Shown: one piece after another, positions 56,112-64,000 of the stretch
How positions within the stretch are numbered: the stretch's first letter is position 1
Layout of the letters: each line of letters begins with the position of its first letter
Assembly: GCA_032718475.1 (NCBI GenBank)
Contig: JAUCBJ010004774.1
Coordinates: 26,556 to 90,555 of the forward strand
DNA length: 64,000 bases
Direction: 5' to 3'
Source: Nemertoderma westbladi
Taxonomy: Eukaryota > Animalia > Xenacoelomorpha
Translations under genes and position numbers: made by a program
Notes under the pieces: model-generated
What the model saw: only the letters and a program-made list of their open reading frames with translations
Database searches by the model: none
Told to the model about the DNA's origin: nothing

Positions 56112-56324
56112 GTAAATGTTATTCTACCTAACTATAATGTAAATGTTATTCTACCTAACTATTATGTAAATGTTATTCTACCTAACTATAATGTAAATGT
56201 TATTCTACCTAACTATAATGTAAATGTTATTCTACCTAACTATAATGCAAATGTTATTCTACCTAACTATAATGTAAATGTTATTCTACCTAACTATAAT
56301 GTAAATGTTATTCTACCTAACTAT
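56112..56324 (+). repeat. 27-bp minisatellite starting at a splice donor
   Basis: (GTAAATGTTATTCTACCTAACTATAAT)n, about 8 copies; the first GT is the donor of exon 55945-56111. Confidence 0.95.
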
Positions 56325-56769
56325 CTAACACGACTAACTCTACCTATCTAACACGAGTGGCAGGGATGGGGAAACCCAACCAATGGGAGGGCCGCACATG
56401 GCGGCTAAAACTGGTTAGTCAACACGTAGGTAGAACTGTGTAATAAGTTTCCATACAATTTCCATATATCTGTTACCCAATATTAATTGTGTTCAATTGT
56501 CTATTATCTACTGCGGATGTCGGACGGTTTTTGACCGTCGTCGTTGCGTGCAGTACTTTGATTGTGCTGTAATCTATTTACCGGTATTTATACACATATC
56601 AGCTATTATTAACAACGATAAAGCAATAACTCTTTTTAACTCTGTTATTCATACCGGCCTGCAGCCTTTTCAACCTTGATAGTCATCACAAGCGTGGCGA
56701 TGCGTACTACTGTATACCACGACATAGAATTACCCAGTCGGGATCCTTGCCAACTCGGATCCCGTCACA
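56306..56769 (+). mobile_element. Possible solo LTR related to element 1
   Basis: Ends TCGGGATCC..GGATCCCGTCACA like the element 1 LTR end; begins TGTTA..CTAACAC; no TSD found. Confidence 0.4.
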
Positions 56770-56946
56770 ATATAAGTTATGTTCAATCGAACCGCCTTTT
56801 AGTCTTCAAATAGGTATATATCTTGATTGATTTTATCGCTATAAGATTATATTTTATTAAATTTCATCTTGAATGTGTAACATCAGTTGGAGGTAATTTG
56901 CGATTAAGATATGCTAAATAATATTTAAGTAACTTTTTTTTTGTAG

Positions 56947-57146
56947 ATGTGTTACCAACTGCAAGGAGAAACTCAACCCAGATGGTGTTTTTATTGCGAT
57001 AGCTGAATGTGGTAATTGCGCGGATGAATATCCTGATGCCACCTACCATTGGCTGCTGGAATGCCATGGTTACAACCAGGAAAAATGCCAAACTGCGGGA
57101 AATATCGCTAATTTTCAATCCGATTTCGATGTGGCTCAAAATGACG
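56947..57146 (+). CDS. PKD1-like exon (REJ)
   Basis: RCVTNCKEKLNPDG..ECGNC..TYHWLL; poly-T GTAG acceptor, GTTAGT donor. Confidence 0.8.
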
Positions 57147-58455
57147 GTTAGTTAAATTTACATTCAAAATTATGTAGGAGCCCAAAATCGCTATAAAATA
57201 CTTGTCAGGGCCAATTTACCGGGTACCCAGATGACATTATTTAAGTAAATACATTTATTATTATTAAGTTATATATTTATTTCAATAATATATATATTTT
57301 ATATTTAACAAGCTGGAAATACCCGAGGCTGCTTACCCGGTATTTCCCGATAATTGTATTGCTAGGCCTACCTAATGTAGAATGCAGTACCATTAATATG
57401 TACGGTAATTAAAAAAAAAAAAAAAACGGGCCGGTAACGGTTCTGCCAAAACCGACAATAACCTTTACCGGTACCGAACGTTAAATACACTTTTCGAAGT
57501 GACCTTTAATGACTGCTCGTTAAAGTTTATGCCAATTTCCAACGCAATCCCTCCACCCGTTTTGGAGGAGTTCGAGCACAACAGGGAGAGAGACAGTGAG
57601 AGAGAAATAATTTGGATTTTATAGGCATGGATGATGTAGATCTTATGACCATGAGGACAGAACGCACACCAAAGAGTATCGTTTCTAGAAAATAGCAAAA
57701 AACTGTAATTTTAATATAATATTAAGAACGAGCTATCAGATAATCAATCATAGAGGCTGACCAACACTATAAATTAACTGTCTTATTATTTAGCCGGGTG
57801 GGTTGTTTAGAACAACCCGCACAGTTTACATGACTTCGGTTTGTGTGCTGCGGGTTGTTTTACTTCTGTTATTTTGTAAACTTTAATGTTGTGTGGCTTA
57901 TTCTGGTTCTCCTATTATCACAATATCATTCTAATTATTGACCAGCATACGACTCTAGTATATTAGATATATTTATTGCTTTAGATTTATAGCTTTGATT
58001 GTAACGAGACAAAAATACAGTCAATCCCTGGTTAATTTACCTTATCCAACATGCGCAAAACACACTTTGTTATCAATTTGTTATTTATAATATACTGTAA
58101 CTCTTGACTTCTATGGGATATCCGCGGTATTTTGTGGAGCTTTTCTGTTGTATTGCTTCGGACGCTGCAATATCGTCATTCCATGATGGATTCGCATTGT
58201 CTTCCAACACAAATATAATAAACGAACCATCACTAGAAACACGGTTGTCGGTTGTCTCGGATCATCCAGAAGATATTCATGAGTCACATAATCCATTCAG
58301 CATGTTACAGAGAACTGGTATGGTGTAACGTTCTAGAATTATATTATCCCCCACACCACATATGGTAATAGGTGGCGTTAATACTATATGTTGACGGAGT
58401 ATAATATATCTTACATATCTTTGGAACTTAGGCAATATAAACTGGTAGACGCCTT

Positions 58456-58640
58456 ATGGTTCCTTATGGACTAGTTAACACGCAAACAACATTTCAACGT
58501 ATTTTAAAAAGTATCTTATTATACTTGGGTTTGTTACCTTATGTTGACGACATCTCAGTTACATCGCTGACCTTTGATACCCATATTAAAGCTTCACATA
58601 ACGTATTTCAAAGGTTTCTGGAAGTAGGTATTAAATTAAA
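58456..58640 (+). pseudogene. Degenerate Ty3/Gypsy RT fragment
   Basis: MVPYGLVNTQTTFQRIL..YVDDISV..H..VFQRF.E.GIKLN matches Gypsy RT motifs. Confidence 0.7.
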
Positions 58641-59009
58641 TTATTATATTGAATACAGTATCGTTCAATGAATTTCTTTTAATATAGAACTGTAGGCCTT
58701 GCCGTTACCTTAAGTTGCTGTTTAATTTATTTACTACATCTTTTGTCTTTTTCTGAGATGTAAAACCCACCTTGGCGAATCAATATCCCGCCTCAATGTT
58801 AAATTCTCAATTTAGGGAAAGGAGCAGGTTACAGTGGCACGTTATTTTAACCAAAGCAATAACTAAACACAATAGAACAGGTTACAGTTTTATTTTTGAG
58901 AGTAATCAACTGTTATTTGCGTCGAATTTCCCCTTTCATATTCATTAATTTAATATTAATTTAATATTCAGCAATATTGAGTCTCAATATCTTCAATCAA
59001 CAATATCTC

Positions 59010-62000
59010 AGAGAGTTACAAGAACGCAAATCTATCTGGGGCTTACTAGACTTGACTATAACGTACCATACTGCTAAACTGCTGAATTGTTTTTAATTTA
59101 TGATTGTTTTTAATTTATATCTTATATAACGCGATATGGCAGATCAGTTTATCAAACTAAGCGAAGAAATCCAATCCATTCTCAAGTCAACAAATGGAAA
59201 GAAAAGCGCAATCACAAATGCACAGGAGCGTGCGGCTTCGGAAAGCCTATTACAGATGGTATCCTTATATACATCTGTATTGGGGAAGCTCGGGGACGCC
59301 CAAAGAGAAACAATCGAGGCCCAAACCAAGCTAATCGATCGGTTCACCCTTAATCCAAATGTAACTCCACGGAACCCACGACGCGGCATTCCTACGGCTA
59401 CCTCCGACCCAGACCCCAGCATATCCATGCCAACGCGCGTCAACGACGGACAATCAGGACCAGGACGCCACCAAGCCGCAGGTGTCGAGCCGGCGGAACT
59501 CGATCACAATACCAACACCAACCCCTGGGTAAACGTGCCACCACCCAGACGGTCACGTCCACTGCGGACTGTCGGCAGGAAATCTGGCACTGGCCTCGGC
59601 GTAGTAGCCAGGGCCACTACCTCGGACCAGCCTTCCAGACTCGCACACATCTACGTCGGGCATTTTTCCGAATCCGTAACCGCAGAAAACGTTAAAAACT
59701 ACCTGTCTCAAGAAAACCTACCCTATCGTGACGTCATCCAGGTATCGTCACCATACCCAGATTGACACACCGATTCTTCCCCTGCCGCTGCCACCAAAGC
59801 CTTCCACGTCGTGTGCGCTCAGGACGTTCGTGAAAAGTTGATAAGTCCAGACAACTGGGAAGAAGGAGTGTTAATTCGCAACTACCGGCTGAATGACGCT
59901 GAGCGCAGTGCTTTTAACCTAGGCCCGCGCCGTCCTACCGCGTTTGGGGCTAACCGCAATAACCCCCAACCATCACCGCTGTCATCAATGGGGCCTCAAT
60001 CAGTAACGGCCAACACTAACACCTGACAATCCACCGGGCCGCCGATCTCCACCGGGGCGCCGATCTCCACCGGGCCGCCAACCTGCATGGGACCGCTGAC
60101 CTCCATGGGGCCGCCGACCTCCATGGGGCCGCCGACCTCCACGGGGCCGCCGGCCTCCACGGGGCCGCCGATTAGAACACAACTAATCGCCACCCTTATG
60201 GAATATAGAGGGGTTGAATAACGTTCTACGACTTTCTCATAACGATTCCGTTTTCAACAGCGATATCTAAATGATGAATGAAACTCTGGCTACCGACTCG
60301 GTTAGCATTCCGGGGTTCTACATATACGAATCGCTAGCGGTTAAGCCGGGTGGTCGGGGTAGACCGTCGGGCGGTATTGTAATCGCAGTAAAGCCACACT
60401 TGAACCCTAAATTACTGGCTACACATAAATCATTCATAGTTGTCTCTACAGACCAAGCCATTTGGATATGCTGCTACTTCCCACCGAGCACAGCACTGGA
60501 AGACTTTATCGAGGAAGTTCTTTGCGTGATGTATGAAATATCGCCCAACTATATCGGTCCGATCATAATGTGTGGCGACTTCAACGCACGACAGGATATC
60601 GATGGCGATAACAAAGCAACAGCCCTTAACGAAATCATGGAAGGCGCAGGTTTATCGCTGCAGTCAAACCCACTTGTGGCAACATACATCTGCCATAATG
60701 GCAGCAGCGTCATAGATTTAGTCTACTCCAACAAAACAGCCCGCAGCGCCACCTGTCTACCGAACGGTTTAAGGAAGCACATCCCAGTCAAAACAGTTTG
60801 GGACTTCGATATATTAGACAATACACCTCCAAATCGAGAACCAAATTGGCAACGAGAACTTAAAAGCGAAGCTCTAGGAAACGACTGTCGCTTACACGAG
60901 GCAAATGCTCTCCTCCAGCAAAACAAAATTGATGAGGCTTATACGAGCCTATCTAGTGCCATCTTAGAGGCTGCGCCTCTAAAGAAGACAACAAACCGCT
61001 TCTCCAAACCGTGGTTTAACGCTCAATGCTATGCCAAACGGCGAGAAGTGCTAGCCCTGAATAACTCAGCAAAGACTGACCCTTCCATTCGACCCGCACT
61101 AAGCGTGGCCAGGCGGGAATATAAGAAGCTCCTTAACGATAAACTTAACGAGTTTACACTGCTATCCAAACCGAAACTCCTCGAAGCGGCTGAAAAACAA
61201 CCATACAAATGGTGTAGAAATAATAAAGAGCAAGGGAGCTGTCCGGTAACGAAGAAAGAAGTATGGGAAAATCATTTCAGCAGGGTCCTACAACGCGATG
61301 ATTTTGTAGAGCATTCATTAGAGCATTCAGACGTCAATATAACAGATGAAATATCGGAATCAGATATCGATGACTCCCCTCCATTCACTGAAGAAGAAGT
61401 AGAAGCAATCATTAGAGACAAACCGTCTGGCAAATCGGGAGGTCCTGACCGACTGCCATACGAGCTGTTCAAGGCCGCGTTACCACTCACCCTTCTCCTA
61501 TGGACAACGTTGTTCAACCTCTGCTTATCCACCGGCACTCTAGTGACATCTTGGAAGTCCAGCATTATGCGAGTATTGTACAAAGGCAAAGGGTCTAGGT
61601 CAGACCCAAATTGCTATAGGGGTATAGCCTTACTGTGCAATGCATTTAAGATACTAACTAGTCTCGTCGAGAAACGCCTTCGTAAACTCGTCTCACATCG
61701 GATTCCCCCAGAGCAATTTGGTTTCATGCCAGGCAGGTCCACAGCTACCCCACTCGCGCAGTTTATCAACTGTATACACAGCACTCTGTCGTCACCTAGG
61801 AAACCGCTATATGGGGTATACATAGATTTCAGTAAAGCGTTTGACAGCGTTCCACGTGCCTGGTTACTGTCTACAATACATGTTCAACATACGAGGAAAC
61901 TTACTGTGGATAATCAAGGCAATCTTGAACACGAACTACATTCAAATTTTCGACGGTTTATGTAAATCTAAAATAATACAACAAACACGAGGCGTACTTC

Positions 62001-63070
62001 AAGGTGACACCCTTATCCCATTGTTTTTCATCTTATACATTTTTGATATTGTAGACTTCATCAAACTTGCCACCATCCGTATCGCGGAGATTTTTGTGCT
62101 GCTGTTCGCAGACGATCTATTATTATTCTTTAGTGAATCCAGGGAAGCCGTACAGGCTGGCTTAGATGCCACAGCAACATGGGCAGCCGACAACGGACTC
62201 GAAATAAACTTCAGCAAGACAGCCGTGATGAAGATCCGCCGGGGTGGCCGATTGGCCGCCTCTGATAAATTCACATATAATGGCGATCCAGTAAATATTA
62301 CGAACTCATACAAATATCTAGGCGTAACCTTCCAGTGTACACTATCATTCACCAAACACGTAACAACTACTTTTACAAAGGCCATCACAGCAACCCACTA
62401 CATAAAGAATCCGAAATTACTTTCAGTTTCAACAGCCACCAAGTTATTCAAACTGAAAGTACTACCGATCGTTCTGTACAGCCTAAGAGAAATATAGCCT
62501 CACTTATCGCCAGCAAACCTACACACAATAGATAAAATTAAATCATCTTTCCTAAAGAAAGTTGTGGGACTCCACCAAACTACTCACAACCGCTTAGTCT
62601 TGGAAATATGCAAAGAAAACAATCTGGTAGTCGATATTGTGAAGCAACAAACCTCACAAACACACCGGAATATCTGGAGTACCTTCACTCAGTACGAAAT
62701 AAAATATCAGAAATACCACCAGAGTTCTACAATTCCATCGCATTCCGTGACAGGCGATGGACGGGCCCCAACTACAAAAACAGACACGTTGTATGCAGAT
62801 TCGCGGTGCACGGCTTCCACCACCTCATATGATGTACACAAGGATATCATGACCTCGCTGATAACTGCACCTGCCGTCTCTGCGGCGACGCCATATTGCG
62901 GTACCACTTATTAGATTGCCCGAGAAACACCAGGACTCTGTCAGATTGGGCAACAACGGGATAACAATTCCTCAGCTACACCCCCCCCCCCCCCCCCCCC
63001 CCGCTCGTTTTTAACTCATAGTTTTTAAAACCTCATCGATTTTTAAACTCTATAATAGATATATATATAT
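59010..63070 (+). mobile_element. Two-ORF LINE (RTEX/Jockey-like), mildly degenerate
   Basis: ORF1 59136-60026 (IYVGHF..VKNYL..WEEGVLIRNY, one in-frame stop). ORF2 has APE (GDFNAR, VIDLV), KPWFNAQC, RT (YRGIALL, DFSKAFDSV, GVLQGD, FADD) and a C-terminal CRLC..H..C. Boundaries are approximate. Confidence 0.85.
60028..60170 (+). repeat. 18-bp GC-rich tandem repeat between LINE ORF1 and ORF2
   Basis: (CTCCAYGGGGCCGCCGAC)n, about 8 copies. Confidence 0.85.
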
Positions 63071-63859
63071 ACATAGTTTATTTTATACCGGCTTAATTAT
63101 AAATATACAATATTCAGCAATATAATTAAGTTCTGAACTCGCATCTATTCGGAGAAAAATAGGTCTACTTATTTGTAAAAAATTACTCATTATTAGTAGT
63201 ACTGCTAAAACTAAGTTACAATACGATAGTGTAACACTTCCAACTTGATCAAATATTTTTATGCCTTTTTGGAAGTAATTATAATTGTTCAATATATGCG
63301 ATGTAATGTCACACACAATGCGTGCGTATCTCTCATACACCCTAGGTAGGCCTACACAACACATACATATTATTATAATGATTTTAGTGAAAAAATAAAA
63401 ACGATTGCAATTATTATTTCCTCACGAAGGGCGTACTGTGGTTATAAATCGTTACGGTGGATGGTAAGGGCGAACCTTATCATGGGTCAGCAGACTGTAT
63501 TTATTAGTTGTATGATTCGATTTGATATGCGCTTTCCTTATGTTGGTTGGGAGAAAGCTGCGAGTCACAGTCAACCTGTCCTCATATTCTTGCATTATAG
63601 GTCTGTAAAGTTTCCCCCGTTACCTTTGTATCATCAATATCGATATTCTAGAAACACATTTTAATATATATCGATGTACCTTACCCATTATGACCAACCA
63701 ACTAAATTTATATAGAAGAAATTTAAGTATTATTGGAATAAATATACCGGTATGAAATATGGAAATTCTATCACTAAAATATAGTATAAGCAGAATTCTT
63801 CTTAGGTTTAGGGTTATTACGTTACTCAGATTACAATCCGTTTTATATTTATTTTGCAG

Positions 63860-63988
63860 ACGACACAAAACTTTATTCTACGATAATATTTCCCGGACAA
63901 CCGCCGATACCTTCTGGGGAAGTCTTTACTCTCACCGTTCGTCTGGATTATAACAGCCAATCAGCATTCGCCAAGTATGAGTTTTCAG
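63860..63988 (+). CDS. PKD1-like exon (REJ); gene continues beyond the window
   Basis: TTTTGCAG acceptor, DDTKLYSTIIFPG..EVFTLTVRL, CAG|GTAAAC donor. Confidence 0.65.
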
Positions 63989-64000
63989 GTAAACCATTCA

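Larger units (their letters stand above)
6144..63988 (+). other. Polycystin-1-like (PKD1/REJ family) gene, partial: LamG-like, WSC-like, PKD-like and REJ domains
   Basis: 15 exons with AG acceptors and GT donors (one GC donor) join in compatible phases into one frame of about 1127 codons. REJ signatures: PPRTLMPGLYRVCLQV, LEAFIVGG..LDG..SQD..LFTWSC, CVTNCKEKLNP..ECGNC..YHW. Confidence 0.75.

Overview
AT-rich, intron-containing animal DNA, probably from an invertebrate; the organism cannot be named from the sequence alone. Two host genes are present. One is a minus-strand secreted fasciclin (FAS1) gene (exons 429-5248). The other is a large plus-strand polycystin-1/REJ-like gene whose 15 phase-compatible exons run from 6144 to 63988. 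The host introns are packed with transposons: two BEL/Pao LTR elements with paired LTRs and 5-bp TSDs (10162-24259 minus, LTRs nearly identical; 41749-55868 plus, RT/integrase deleted), four LINEs (one CR1/L2-group copy in a fasciclin intron, two RTE, one RTEX/Jockey-like), Penelope and Gypsy fragments, several MITE/TIR elements and minisatellites. The main finding is that both BEL/Pao elements, which show no obvious nucleotide similarity by eye, carry a homologous extra 3' ORF in the env position. It is not an envelope protein. It looks like a DEDDy (WRN/EXD/Mut-7/RNase D-like) 3'-5' exonuclease followed by three CCHC zinc knuckles. Both elements also lack a canonical TGG tRNA primer-binding site. 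All alignments and structures were done by eye and need computational confirmation.
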